A stretch of 64,000 nucleotides of DNA, taken from contig CAVUPH010000039.1 of NCBI GenBank assembly GCA_963743305.1, positions 1 to 64,000 of the forward strand, read 5' to 3'. Source of the stretch: an uncultured delta proteobacterium. GTDB taxonomy: Bacteria > Desulfobacterota > RBG-13-43-22. Positions 20,802-30,930 of this stretch are shown one piece after another. Made by a program: the position numbers and the translations under genes. Each line of letters begins with the position of its first letter. Position 1 is the first letter of the stretch. Below the pieces are notes generated by a model, which had not been told where the DNA came from, ran no database searches, and saw only the letters and a program-made list of their open reading frames with translations.

Positions 20802-20975
20802 GGCGCAAAGCGCTGGGCGCAGAGCGCCTGGCGCGGAGCGCAAAAAAAAACAGATAAATAATAAATAGCTACATAGCCGATGCCATGAAAACTCAAAAAA
20901 GCAAAACAATATCTTTTGGATTTTTTTCTAATGGTTCTTACGCCAAGCGCTCCGCGCTCCGCGTCTTTTAGACTC

Positions 20976-21779
20976 GTGGAACCTTTACTCGTCGTCAACA
21001 ACATCGAGGTCATTTACCATAACGTCATCCTGGTCTTGAAGGGGCTTTCCCTGCAAGTCCAGGAAGGTCAGATCGTGACCGTCCTGGGCAGCAACGGGGC
21101 CGGGAAGACCACCACCCTCAAGGCCATCTCCGGCTTGCTCAAGTCTGAAGACGGGGCCGTAACCGACGGGAGCATCACCTTCCTGGACCAGCGCATCGAC
21201 CGTCTCTACCCCGAGCAGATCGTCCGGAGAGGGATTTTCCAGGTCATGGAAGGCCGCCGGGTTTTCGACGAATTGAATATCGAGGAAAACTTGATCGCCG
21301 GCGCCCACACCAATAAGAATAAAAAGAAGATGAAAGACGACATCGAGGTCGTTTACCACTACTTCCCCCGGTTAAAGCAGCGCCGCACCGTTCAGGCCGG
21401 CTATATCAGCGGCGGGGAGCAGCAGATGCTGGTCATCGGCCGCTGTCTCATGGCCAACCCCAAACTGATGCTGCTCGACGAACCCTCCATGGGCCTGGCC
21501 CCCCTGTTGGTGGCCGAGATCTTCGAGATCATCAAGCGGATCAACCGGGAGCGGGGGGTGACCATCCTGCTGGTGGAACAGAATGCCCGTCTGGCCCTCT
21601 CCATTGCCCACCACGGGTACGTGATGGAAACCGGGCGGATCGTCCTGGACGATACAGTGGAGAAACTAAAGGAAAACGCCGATATCAAGGAATTTTATCT
21701 CGGCCTGACCGAGGTGGGGAAAACCAAAAGTTACCGGGACGTGAAGCATTATAAGCGCCGCAAGCGCTGGCTGGCCTGA
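20976..21779 (+). CDS. livF: ABC ATP-binding protein
   Basis: GSNGAGKTT, ISGGEQQM, LLDEPSMGLAP, VEQNA. Confidence 0.9.
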   Translation: MEPLLVVNNIEVIYHNVILVLKGLSLQVQEGQIVTVLGSNGAGKTTTLKAISGLLKSEDGAVTDGSITFLDQRIDRLYPEQIVRRGIFQVMEGRRVFDELNIEENLIAGAHTNKNKKKMKDDIEVVYHYFPRLKQRRTVQAGYISGGEQQMLVIGRCLMANPKLMLLDEPSMGLAPLLVAEIFEIIKRINRERGVTILLVEQNARLALSIAHHGYVMETGRIVLDDTVEKLKENADIKEFYLGLTEVGKTKSYRDVKHYKRRKRWLA

Positions 21780-22112
21780 ATCTGTTGTGATCCGTTTTTA
21801 TTCCCGCCCCCCCTCCAATACCCATTCGGCCATAACCAGCGCCAGGCTCAGAAAAGGAGCACCCGGCCAGGGTGATCAGGCTGATCATAGGCACCAGAGG
21901 GTAAAGCAGTTCCTGGAAAGGGGTATTTTCCTCTGGCGCCTACAGAATGGAAACCAAAAGGAGGAATTTCTCTCATCGGGCGGATCGGGCCGCAGGACAT
22001 TGTTCCGGTCATGGGAGGCCGTAGCGAATAAAAGAACGAAAAAGAAAAGGGGGCCTCCAGTTGACGCTGAAGGCCCTTCGAAAAGGTGATGAACGGGTTT
22101 AGTTGGCGGTTA

Positions 22113-22457
22113 TCATGGCCGGGTTATGTAGTCGCCGGAGAAAGTCCAGGTATAGGTCGTTGAACCGATCACTTTTGCCAGGAAGGAGTGGCGAAGGTCA
22201 GGTTGGTCTGGTCCGCCAATTGAGCAACCGCCAGGGCGGCCTGGGGGTCTGTCCGAGTTAATCACGCATTGGGCATAAGACAACGCGGCCGCGACCGCCA
22301 GCGCCCCGGTTATCCCGTCCCGGGCTGCCAACTCGGCGCTCTGGCGCAGATCCAGGTACTTGGGGACGGCAATAGCCGCGAGGATCCCGATGATGACGAT
22401 AACGACGATCAGTTCAATCATGGTAAAACCTTTGTTGTTCTTCAATCCCTTTTTCAT
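22113..22457 (-). CDS. Type IV (MSHA-like) major pilin; C-terminal part probably frameshifted
   Basis: Class III signal KG-FTMIELIVVIVIIGILAAIAVPKY; strong RBS ggagg; terminator-like hairpin at about 22046..22080. Confidence 0.88.
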   Translation of the reverse strand: MKKGLKNNKGFTMIELIVVIVIIGILAAIAVPKYLDLRQSAELAARDGITGALAVAAALSYAQCVINSDRPPGRPGGCSIGGPDQPDLRHSFLAKVIGSTTYTWTFSGDYITRP

Positions 22458-22507
22458 TTTTTACTTCCTCCCTTTTTATTTTGTTTTTTTGAATTACGAA
22501 TTATTGA

Positions 22508-22876
22508 TCAGGATGACGGATCGCTGATCGTGGCCGGAAACGTGTACCCCCAGGTATATACGGTACCGTTAATCGTTGCCTGAAAATTGTCCCCGGTCCG
22601 CGTTATGCCTCCCGGAACCTCCAAGGCCTGATATACCGAACTCGCGCTCAGCGCCCCGACGGTGTTATCGACCGCCGCCCGGGCATAAGCCAATGAGGCC
22701 GCCGACCGCAGGTTCGAGGTCATCCCGTCCCGAACGGAACGCTGGGCTTGGGCCTGTAAATCCATAAACCGGGGTACGGCTATAGCGGCTAAGATCCCGA
22801 TAATTACGATCACTACGATCAGTTCGATCATGGTGAACCCCTGATCGGAGCAGCCATTTTTCTGTTTCAAGGCCAT
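22508..22876 (-). CDS. Type IV (MSHA-like) pilin paralogue
   Basis: QG-FTMIELIVVIVIIGILAAIAVPRF. Confidence 0.88.
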   Translation of the reverse strand: MALKQKNGCSDQGFTMIELIVVIVIIGILAAIAVPRFMDLQAQAQRSVRDGMTSNLRSAASLAYARAAVDNTVGALSASSVYQALEVPGGITRTGDNFQATINGTVYTWGYTFPATISDPSS

Positions 22877-22888
22877 TGTTTTCCATAG

Positions 22889-22904
22889 TGCAAATCAGAT
22901 ACCA
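22889..22904 (-). promoter_or_regulatory. Putative sigma54 -24/-12 promoter for the pilin genes
   Basis: Minus strand TGGTAT-CTGAT-TTGCA has GG-N10-GC spacing. Confidence 0.5.
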
Positions 22905-23029
22905 AGCTCTTCTTAATCCTTTAGGCCACCCGGCCCCTTCCCTTTGTCCACTTTATCGACCCTTATCCTCATGTTCTTTAGTTTTTTTTTTGATACCTTG
23001 GCAAAAAGTCCATCAAAGAGAAATCCTCA

Positions 23030-24265
23030 CTACCTCTTGGCCATTTTGGTCAAATCCCACATGGGCAAGAATATCCCCAAGGCCAGGAACAGGACCATGG
23101 CCCCCATGCCGATCACCAAAATGGGTTCGAGCATGGATGTCAAATTCTTGACCCCATAGTCTACTTCCCGGTCGTAATAGTCCGAGACTTTACCCAGGAC
23201 CCGATCCAAGGCCCCCGAGGACTCCCCGATGGCAAACATATGGTACACCAGGGGGGGGAAGACCTGGGAACGCCGCATCCGCTCCCACATATCCCCACCC
23301 TCTTTCACCCCTTCCTTGACCTCATTGACCTTCCCGGTCAAATAAGAGTTACCGAAGGTCTTGGCCGAGATATCCAGGTTCAGGATAACCGGCAGGCCAC
23401 TGTTATAAAGATTCACGAAGGTCTTGACGAATCGGGACATGTAAATCTTCATGAAAAGCTGGCCGAAGACGGGGAATTGCAGTTTGATTCGATCCCACCA
23501 GAGGAGCCCTTTAGGGGTCCTCAACAAAACCTTGAATCCGATCCAGACGCCGACCACCAACAAGGCCACCCAATACCAGTATTCCCGAAAATAAACACTC
23601 AGGTTCATTAATATCTTTGTTGGCAGGGGCAGGTCCAGCTTTGAGGACTTGAAGATCCCCATGAACTTGGGAACAATAAAGGTAACCGCCAGCACGAAGG
23701 CGCCGGCCATGGCGATAACCACAAATTTGGGATAACGGGTAGCCGACTTGATATCCGCTCGGATTTTAATCTCAAAATCCAATAAATTGGCCAGTCGATC
23801 GAAAACAGATTCCAGGTTTCCCGAGGATTCCCCCGACTCAATCAGGCTGACGTAGAGTTCGTCAAAAACCCTGGGAAACTTGGCCATGGCCACGGATAAA
23901 TTCTTGCCCTCCTTGACCTGTTCGACGATCTCCCGGATAATCTGCTGGAAGTAGGGATTGGTGGTCTGTTCCCCCATAAGGGTGAGGGAGTTTTGGATGG
24001 GGACCCCGGCCCCGTAAAGGGTCCCCAATTGACGGGAAAAATAGACCAATTCCTTCAAATTGATGGTATTTTTAAATTGATGTATCTTTCGGGACAACCA
24101 GACCATCATCGGGGGGACCCCCTGCTCGGAGACCGGCTGAATCTGAACCGGTATATACCCCAATTCCCCTACTCTATTGGCAATGAAGGCCTTGTCACGC
24201 CCCTCCAATTGCCCGGAGATCAGTTTGCCCGAGAGGTCCCGAGCCTTATAGGCAAAAACCGCCAT
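23030..24265 (-). CDS. Type II/IV secretion F-family platform protein (PilC/MshG)
   Basis: FSRQLGTL..AGVPI, GESSGNL, ATRYP, LEPIL. Confidence 0.92.
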   Translation of the reverse strand: MAVFAYKARDLSGKLISGQLEGRDKAFIANRVGELGYIPVQIQPVSEQGVPPMMVWLSRKIHQFKNTINLKELVYFSRQLGTLYGAGVPIQNSLTLMGEQTTNPYFQQIIREIVEQVKEGKNLSVAMAKFPRVFDELYVSLIESGESSGNLESVFDRLANLLDFEIKIRADIKSATRYPKFVVIAMAGAFVLAVTFIVPKFMGIFKSSKLDLPLPTKILMNLSVYFREYWYWVALLVVGVWIGFKVLLRTPKGLLWWDRIKLQFPVFGQLFMKIYMSRFVKTFVNLYNSGLPVILNLDISAKTFGNSYLTGKVNEVKEGVKEGGDMWERMRRSQVFPPLVYHMFAIGESSGALDRVLGKVSDYYDREVDYGVKNLTSMLEPILVIGMGAMVLFLALGIFLPMWDLTKMAKR

Positions 24266-24415
24266 GGTGTGTCCCCTTAACCAGATGATATTAATAATTA
24301 ATAATCAATTGTTGATTTTAATTATTTAATGAATGCCGGAACGTTTTCGAGTTTATTTTCGAACTACTAAACTCCCAAATATTGCGGCCACCCGCCCAAC
24401 AAGTCGAATAACCTC

Positions 24416-26098
24416 TTACTTCGGCAATTCCCGGAGCGTCACCCGGTTCAGTTCTTCAACCGAAGTGATTCCCTTGATAACCTTAGAAACTCCATCCTCC
24501 CGCAGCGTCTTCATGCCCTGGGTACGGCGAGCGGTTTCGGCCACCAATGCGGGGGAAGCCTTTTGCAGCATCAATTCCTTGATTTCCTGATCCGCGATCA
24601 ATAATTCATAGAGCCCCAGACGACCCCGATAACCGGTATTTTTGCAGAGCCGGCAGCCTTTGGGCCGGTGCAGGAGCAATTCCTTATTCGCGGGGAACTT
24701 TAAATCCTGCAAGTTTTCCGAGGTGGCCTGATAAGGTTCCTTGCAATCCGGACAGAGCTTCCGGATCAGGCGCTGGGCCAGCACCCCCTCGACGGAGGAG
24801 GCGATTAAAAAAGGAGGGATGCCCATCTCCCCTAAACGGATCAACGTGCTGGGAGCATCGTTGGTATGGATGGTGCTGAACACCAGATGTCCGGTCAGTG
24901 CCGCCTGTACGGCAATATTGGCGGTTTCCGCGTCCCGGATTTCGCCGACCATCACGATATCGGGATCCTGTCGAAGGATGGACCGCAACCCGCCGGCAAA
25001 AGTCAGTCCGGCCTTGGGGTTGACCTGGGCCTGGCGAATACCCTGAAGCCGGTATTCTACCGGGTCCTCCAGGGTGATCACGTTTTTTTGCGGGTCGTTG
25101 ATGCTGTTCAGGGTTGCGTACAAGGTAGTGGTCTTACCGCTCCCGGTCGGCCCGGTCACCAGCACGAACCCGTAAGGGATATGAATCAGGTAAAGAAATT
25201 TCTTGAAATCTTCCGGCAGGAAGCCCAGGTCTTCCAGGGTTAATAGGATGCTGGACTGGTCCAGGAGCCGCAGAACCACATTTTCTCCGTGAATAGTCGG
25301 AAAACTGGATACCCGAACGTCAATGTTATGACTATTGGAGGAAAAATGGAATCGGCCGTCCTGGGGACTCCGCCGTTCGGCAATGTCCATCTTGGACATA
25401 ATTTTTATTCTGGAAGTCACCGGATTGGTGTACTTGCCCTGCAGGGGTGTGGTTGCCCGGAGCATCCCGTCCACCCGATAACGGATACGCAACTGGTTTT
25501 CTTCCGGTTCAATATGGATGTCGCTGGCCCGGTCCCGAACCGCCTCGGAAAGGATCAGGTTCACCAGTTGACTGATCGGACCTTCTTCTATTTCTTCTTC
25601 GACCTTGCCTGAATCTTCTTCCTCGGCGCCGACGGATTCCACCGAAGATTCGTCCCGGGATAATAACGACTGCCCATACAAATCCTCGATGGCCCGCAGG
25701 ATCTCTTCTTCCAGTGCGATCACCGGTATAATAGTCAGTTTGGTTCGAATGGACAACTCGTCGATGGCCAAGATGTTGAGCGGGTCGGACATGGCCACGG
25801 TGAGCGACCCGCCATCTTCCCGAATCGGGACCAGCAGGTAATTTTCGGCCACGGTCTTCGGAACCAGCAGAATCAGTTTCTTGTCGATGGTCTGGGTGGA
25901 CAAGTCAATATAAGGAATGCGCAACTGTTGAGAGAGAGTCCGCAGGATATCCTCTTCCGAGACGAATCCCTGTCTAATCAACAGTCGGCCCAATCGTTCC
26001 CGGGTGACTTTCTGCAAGGCAATAGCCTCTTCCAACTTGCTCTTATCGATCAAGCCTGCTTCCAGTAAAATGTCGCCCAGGCGCTTCTTAGCAATCAT
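24416..26098 (-). CDS. Pilus assembly ATPase PilB/MshE with MshEN domain
   Basis: Tandem RLGxxLL motifs, SDIHIEP, GPTGSGKTTT, LRQDPD, tetracysteine motif. Confidence 0.93.
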   Translation of the reverse strand: MIAKKRLGDILLEAGLIDKSKLEEAIALQKVTRERLGRLLIRQGFVSEEDILRTLSQQLRIPYIDLSTQTIDKKLILLVPKTVAENYLLVPIREDGGSLTVAMSDPLNILAIDELSIRTKLTIIPVIALEEEILRAIEDLYGQSLLSRDESSVESVGAEEEDSGKVEEEIEEGPISQLVNLILSEAVRDRASDIHIEPEENQLRIRYRVDGMLRATTPLQGKYTNPVTSRIKIMSKMDIAERRSPQDGRFHFSSNSHNIDVRVSSFPTIHGENVVLRLLDQSSILLTLEDLGFLPEDFKKFLYLIHIPYGFVLVTGPTGSGKTTTLYATLNSINDPQKNVITLEDPVEYRLQGIRQAQVNPKAGLTFAGGLRSILRQDPDIVMVGEIRDAETANIAVQAALTGHLVFSTIHTNDAPSTLIRLGEMGIPPFLIASSVEGVLAQRLIRKLCPDCKEPYQATSENLQDLKFPANKELLLHRPKGCRLCKNTGYRGRLGLYELLIADQEIKELMLQKASPALVAETARRTQGMKTLREDGVSKVIKGITSVEELNRVTLRELPK

Positions 26099-26227
26099 AA
26101 ACAGACGCTTCCTCTTTTTCCGGACTCCCTATTCAGACCCCTACTGAGCAGCTCAATCTGCAAGATCCATTCCTAAGGTAAAATCTATTAGAAAAATAAC
26201 CTTAAAAGGCCTGGAGATCCCACTCCA

Positions 26228-26340
26228 TTAATACGAAAAGGTTTAGAGGTTATTCCAGCTCTTTCAAATCCCCCTCAATCCCCCTTTTTAAAAGGGAGGC
26301 GGGGGGGATTTTCATGCCTCGGAGTGCCCGCCCCGAGCAC
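26228..26340 (+). mobile_element. Asymmetric-end element
   Basis: ttaatacgaaaagg ... attttcatgcctcggagtgcccgccccgagca. Confidence 0.55.
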
Positions 26341-26488
26341 CATCTAGCATGGAATATCTGAATATCAATCAACTAATCGGCAGAGAAGGTGCCAACCCTT
26401 TACCTCCATCGTTTATTTTTTGTATGGTATCGGTGAAGTTTCATGTTATAGTCAAAACAAATCAATAAGTTCAACGAGGAAGATTCCT

Positions 26489-27481
26489 TTGAGCAGAAGG
26501 ACGCGAAAACCCCATAGACCTTTAAAGGCATTGGGAGTCGATTTAGGCGGAACGCGGATAAAAATCGGGGTGGTGGACGAGCGGGGTGGCTTATTTAATA
26601 TGAAAAAATACGCCACCCGCGTGGACTTAGGCCGAGAAGCCCTGATCCGACGGATAATCCGGTTGATTCAAAGGAGCCTTTCATCTGACCCTGACCTCCA
26701 AATCCCCCCGGCAGGCATCGGCCTGGGAGCCGCCGGGATGATCGATATCCGGAAGGGCGTGGTACTCGTCTCCCCCAACTTCCCGGACTGGCATCAAGTC
26801 CCCCTGGCCCGATTGATCAGTGAGCAAACCGGGCTTCCTACTTTTTTGGATAACGATGCCAATGCGATTACTTATGGAGAAAAATGGGTGGGCGCGGGCA
26901 AAGATATGAACAATTTTGCTTGCTTAACCCTGGGAACCGGAGTGGGCAGCGGGCTTATGCTGAACGGTCGCCTGTGGTATGGAAGCCAGGGAAGCGGGCC
27001 GGAAATCGGCCACATGACCATCCAGCCCAAAGGCCGGCGCTGTCTGTGCGGCAATCGGGGATGTCTGGAAACCCTGGCTTCCGCCGGTTGGTTGGTAAAA
27101 ACGGCTTCTGAGAAAAGAGGGGCTGAATCCCTGACCCTTAATCACCCCCTAAAAGACCGGGCAGCCCTCAGTGCCAAAGACCTTTACCGGGAAGCGCTTC
27201 AAGGGGACCCTTTTTGCCGGGGACTTTTTGAAAACCTGGGAGAGGCCCTGGGGATTGCCATCGCCAATTTGATCCATATCCTGAGCCTGGAAGGGGTCGT
27301 TTTGGCGGGCGGCCTAAGCCGGGCGTCCACTATTTTCTTGCCTTCTCTGGAGAAAGAATTTAAAAAGCGATTAACGCTGGTCCCTCCCGAAACAATTAAA
27401 ATCCGCGTATCCCGGTTGCAGGAAAAAAGCGGGGTCTTGGGGGCCGCCGGAATCGCCCTGGAACAATTAAGAAAGGGATAG
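26489..27481 (+). CDS. ROK family sugar kinase (glucokinase)
   Basis: GVDLGGT, DNDANA, TLGTGVG, EIGH, CLCGNRGCLE. Confidence 0.9.
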   Translation: MSRRTRKPHRPLKALGVDLGGTRIKIGVVDERGGLFNMKKYATRVDLGREALIRRIIRLIQRSLSSDPDLQIPPAGIGLGAAGMIDIRKGVVLVSPNFPDWHQVPLARLISEQTGLPTFLDNDANAITYGEKWVGAGKDMNNFACLTLGTGVGSGLMLNGRLWYGSQGSGPEIGHMTIQPKGRRCLCGNRGCLETLASAGWLVKTASEKRGAESLTLNHPLKDRAALSAKDLYREALQGDPFCRGLFENLGEALGIAIANLIHILSLEGVVLAGGLSRASTIFLPSLEKEFKKRLTLVPPETIKIRVSRLQEKSGVLGAAGIALEQLRKG

Positions 27482-27484
27482 CTA

Positions 27485-28147
27485 ATGGCTGCTCAAAAAA
27501 AATCTATCAGCCGAAAAGAACTGCTGAAGAAACCGGATGAGTTTATTACCACTTCCAATAAGATTGCCAATTGGGTCACTATCCATTATCAGAAGGTAAT
27601 CTGGGTGGGAGCCGTTATCGTTCTGGTGGCGGGGGCCTTTTTCGGCTACCGGGCCTATGTCGCGCACCAGGAAAAACAGGGCCGGGAGGCATATTTCGCC
27701 GCCCTGGAATTGCCGGATATCAACCAAAAGATAAAAAAACTATCGGGTGTCGCCGCAGACTACCCCCGCACTCAGGGCGCCCAAAAAGCCTGGATCTCCC
27801 TGGGGAACCTTTATTATCAGCAGAAAGACTACTCTCGGGCGTTGAACGCCTACCGTTCGGCCCTGAGTCAGGGGAAACTCCCCCAGGAATTTCAGTCGTT
27901 GGTTAATGAAAGCCTGGCTTACACGCTGGAAGAGAAAGGGGACCTCAAAGGAGCCGCCGATGCTTTCAACCAAATATTAAAAGGCTCCGATCCGCTGCTC
28001 AAAGAAACCGCTCATCTGAATCTGGCCAGGGTGTATGTCAAACTGGGCCAAACCAAAGAAGCCAAAAGTACTTATCAGGACTTCCTCAAATCCTTTCCCA
28101 ATTCCATTTATGCCCCTCTGGTCAGAGATCGGTTGGCCAAGATGTAA
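27485..28147 (+). CDS. Membrane-anchored TPR protein (YfgM-like)
   Basis: LKKPDEF, one TM helix, TPR repeats. Confidence 0.8.
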   Translation: MAAQKKSISRKELLKKPDEFITTSNKIANWVTIHYQKVIWVGAVIVLVAGAFFGYRAYVAHQEKQGREAYFAALELPDINQKIKKLSGVAADYPRTQGAQKAWISLGNLYYQQKDYSRALNAYRSALSQGKLPQEFQSLVNESLAYTLEEKGDLKGAADAFNQILKGSDPLLKETAHLNLARVYVKLGQTKEAKSTYQDFLKSFPNSIYAPLVRDRLAKM

Positions 28148-28331
28148 AGGAATCGATATTCGGCGTTAGTTTCACAAAAATAGGATGCTTTGCTGGTTGC
28201 GGATGCTCGGCTAAAAGGACGAAGCATCATTTTTCCTTGACAAGCTATTTTAAAGAATATAGCGTAGCTATAATATAACTATTTTTTATAAATTTTTTTC
28301 GTTTTGAAAAAAAATTTATAGGGAGATCAAC

Positions 28332-30179
28332 ATGCACGCACTATTATCGGGAAATGCGGGAGACCAAATGCTATTGCTGGGCAACGAAGCCATTGTCCGG
28401 GGGGCGTTGGAGGCCGGGGTGGCCTTCGCCACCGCTTATCCCGGAACGCCTTCTTCGGAAGTGCCTTTGAATTTTTTTCAGATCAGGCAGGAAACAGACC
28501 TGTATTTTGAATATTCCACCAATGAAAAGGTAGCGCTGGAAGTGGCCGCCGGAGCCGCCGTCTCCGGACTGCGGACCATGGTCACCATGAAACACGTAGG
28601 GGTGAATGTGGCCGCTGACCCCTTGATGACCCTGGCCTACACCGGGGTCAAGGGCGGGATGGTCATTTTGACCGCTGACGACCCCTCTTTGTTCTCCAGT
28701 CAGAACGAGCAGGACAACCGTTATTACGCCCGGCTTTCCGGTCTGCCCATGTTAGAGCCCACCACCCCTCAGGAAGCCAAAGACATGACGGTCTATGCCT
28801 TTGCCCTCTCCGAACAGTTAAGCCTGCCGGTTTTACTGAGGACCACCACCCGGATCAATCACTCCCGGGGCGTGGTCACCCTGGGAGAGATCACCCCCCG
28901 GCAGACGAAGGGGAATTTTGTCAAAGACCCCTTCAGCTACGTCACCGTCCCGGCCGTTTCCCGGAATCTGCATGTGAAACTCCTCAAGAAATACGATCAG
29001 GCCCGGGAAGAGGCCGATCGTTCTTCCTTCAACTCTATTATCGGCCAGGGGAAGTCAGGGATCATCACCCAGGGAGTCAGCTTCTGTTATGTCCAGGATG
29101 CCCTGGAGGAAATGAAGGTCACCGAGACCTTCTCCGTACTGAAGATCGGCTTTTCCTATCCTTTCCCCGAAAAGTTGGTTGAAAAATTCCTGACCCGTGT
29201 GGATAAAGTCCTGGTAGTGGAAGAACTGGAAGGGATCATGGAGGAGGCCGTTCGGGCCGCAGCCCAGAAAATCGGCCGGCAGATTCCCATCGAGGGCAAA
29301 GGACAGGGTCTGCTGACCCGTCTTTACGAATATGAGCCGGTCCGGGTTAAAAAATCTATTGCCCAATATTTTGATCTGCCTTACCAGGAAAAAGAACCGT
29401 TGGATGTCTCGGATCTCCCCGTCCTGCCCGGCCGGCCGCCCAACCTCTGCCCGGGTTGCCCTCATCGTTCCACTTTTTATGCCGTCAAAAAAGTGGCCGG
29501 CGAAGAGGCCATCTACCCCACCGATATCGGCTGCTATACCCTGGGGATCCTGCCCCCCTTGAGTGTGGCCGATTTCGTCATCTGCATGGGATCAAGCGTC
29601 AGTTCAGCCGCCGGCTTCTCCCGAGCCACGGACAAACCGGTTATCGCCTTCATCGGCGACTCCACCTTTTTCCACAGCGGGATAACCGGGTTAATCAATG
29701 CCTACCATAACAACCATAAGTTCACCCTGATCATCCTGGACAACGGGACGACGGCTATGACCGGTCACCAACCCCATCCGGGGGTGGATTCTTCCCTGCT
29801 GGGCCGGCCGAACAACCAGGTATCCATTGAAGCCCTGGTCAAGGGGATCGGGGTGAAGATGGTCACCGTGGTCAACCCCAAAAAGGTGAAAGAGACCATG
29901 GAGGCGGTCAAGAAATCGCTGGCTTTCGAAGGGGTATCCGTGATCATTTCCCAGGAAATCTGCCCGCTCTATGCCCGGCGGGTGCTGCCGCCTTCCAAAG
30001 CCAAAACTTTTATGGTCAATGAAAGCCGCTGCAAGAATCACCGGGACTGCGTCAATCTTTTTGCTTGTCCGGCTTTTTATATCGAAAAGGATCGGGTCAA
30101 AATCAACGAGAACCTGTGTATCGGCTGTGCCGTCTGCGCTCAGGTCTGCCCGGAAAATGCAATCCTGCCCCGGAAATAA
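28332..30179 (+). CDS. iorA: Indolepyruvate:ferredoxin oxidoreductase alpha subunit
   Basis: LLGNEAIVRG, YPGTPSSE, MKHVG, CPGCPHR, DIGCY, GDSTFFHSG, C-terminal ferredoxin. Confidence 0.95.
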   Translation: MHALLSGNAGDQMLLLGNEAIVRGALEAGVAFATAYPGTPSSEVPLNFFQIRQETDLYFEYSTNEKVALEVAAGAAVSGLRTMVTMKHVGVNVAADPLMTLAYTGVKGGMVILTADDPSLFSSQNEQDNRYYARLSGLPMLEPTTPQEAKDMTVYAFALSEQLSLPVLLRTTTRINHSRGVVTLGEITPRQTKGNFVKDPFSYVTVPAVSRNLHVKLLKKYDQAREEADRSSFNSIIGQGKSGIITQGVSFCYVQDALEEMKVTETFSVLKIGFSYPFPEKLVEKFLTRVDKVLVVEELEGIMEEAVRAAAQKIGRQIPIEGKGQGLLTRLYEYEPVRVKKSIAQYFDLPYQEKEPLDVSDLPVLPGRPPNLCPGCPHRSTFYAVKKVAGEEAIYPTDIGCYTLGILPPLSVADFVICMGSSVSSAAGFSRATDKPVIAFIGDSTFFHSGITGLINAYHNNHKFTLIILDNGTTAMTGHQPHPGVDSSLLGRPNNQVSIEALVKGIGVKMVTVVNPKKVKETMEAVKKSLAFEGVSVIISQEICPLYARRVLPPSKAKTFMVNESRCKNHRDCVNLFACPAFYIEKDRVKINENLCIGCAVCAQVCPENAILPRK

Positions 30180-30197
30180 GAGGAGAGGTGTTCTTAA

Positions 30198-30794
30198 ATG
30201 GAAACTAAAAGAATCGTTTTCGTAGGTGTCGGCGGGCAAGGGAACCTCTTATCTTCCCAAGCCTTGGGGGAAGCCGCCATGCTGGCCGGTTTGCCGGTCA
30301 ATGTCAGTGAAGTGCACGGCATGGCCCAGCGGGGCGGTGTGGTGGAGTCGGCCGTGGTCATGGGTGGGGCTTTAAGCGCCATCGTCTCCGATGGAGAAGC
30401 CGATGTGCTCATGAGTTTTGAGCCCTCGGAAACCCTCCGGGCCTTGGCCAAATGCTCCCCGGCTTCCACGGTGATCACCAATATCGTGCCCCTGGTCCCT
30501 TTTACCGTGGCCGTCGGGAAGGGGACTTACCCGGATATCAAGGCCTCCCTGGAGTTGATCCGGAAAAAAGTAAAACGCCTCATCGCCCTGAATGCCAATG
30601 CCCTGGCGGAAGAAGCCGGGTCGGCCATGGCGGTCAACATCGTCATGCTGGGCGCTCTGGCGCAGAGCGGCATCCTGCCCCTGACCCGGGACCACTTTCT
30701 GGCGGCTTTGAAGAAAACCATAAAAAAGAAATTGCTGGAGGTCAACTTAAAGGCCTTTGATTTGGGCTTCGAGGCGGCGGCCAAAATGGCCTAA
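30198..30794 (+). CDS. iorB: Indolepyruvate oxidoreductase beta subunit
   Basis: GVGGQG, SEVHGMAQRGG, NLKAF. Confidence 0.95.
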   Translation: METKRIVFVGVGGQGNLLSSQALGEAAMLAGLPVNVSEVHGMAQRGGVVESAVVMGGALSAIVSDGEADVLMSFEPSETLRALAKCSPASTVITNIVPLVPFTVAVGKGTYPDIKASLELIRKKVKRLIALNANALAEEAGSAMAVNIVMLGALAQSGILPLTRDHFLAALKKTIKKKLLEVNLKAFDLGFEAAAKMA

Positions 30795-30843
30795 GAACGC
30801 GGAGCGCTGAGCGCTTGGCGCCTAGCGTAAAAAATGAAAACTA

Positions 30844-30880
30844 AAAAAGGCTCCTGGCTGTCGCCGGGGGCCTTTTTTTA
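30844..30880. terminator. Bidirectional terminator between iorB and hisD
   Basis: aaaaaaggctcctggc..gccgggggccttttttt. Confidence 0.75.
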
Positions 30881-30930
30881 TTGCCTTTTATTTTTCGCTC
30901 CGCGCTCAGCGCCTTTCGCCGTGCGTCTTT

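Noticed and set aside
3446-20842. Short repeat arrays as CRISPR
   Set aside because: No constant repeat with regular unique spacers, and no cas genes.
21685-21894. Possible small lipoprotein (LAGC) downstream of the pilins
   Set aside because: No clear start or RBS, and the ORF overlaps the livF end; insufficient support.
22113-22876. Pilins as Geobacter-type conductive e-pilins
   Set aside because: They are longer than the truncated e-pilins, are MSHA-like, and show no conspicuous aromatic density.
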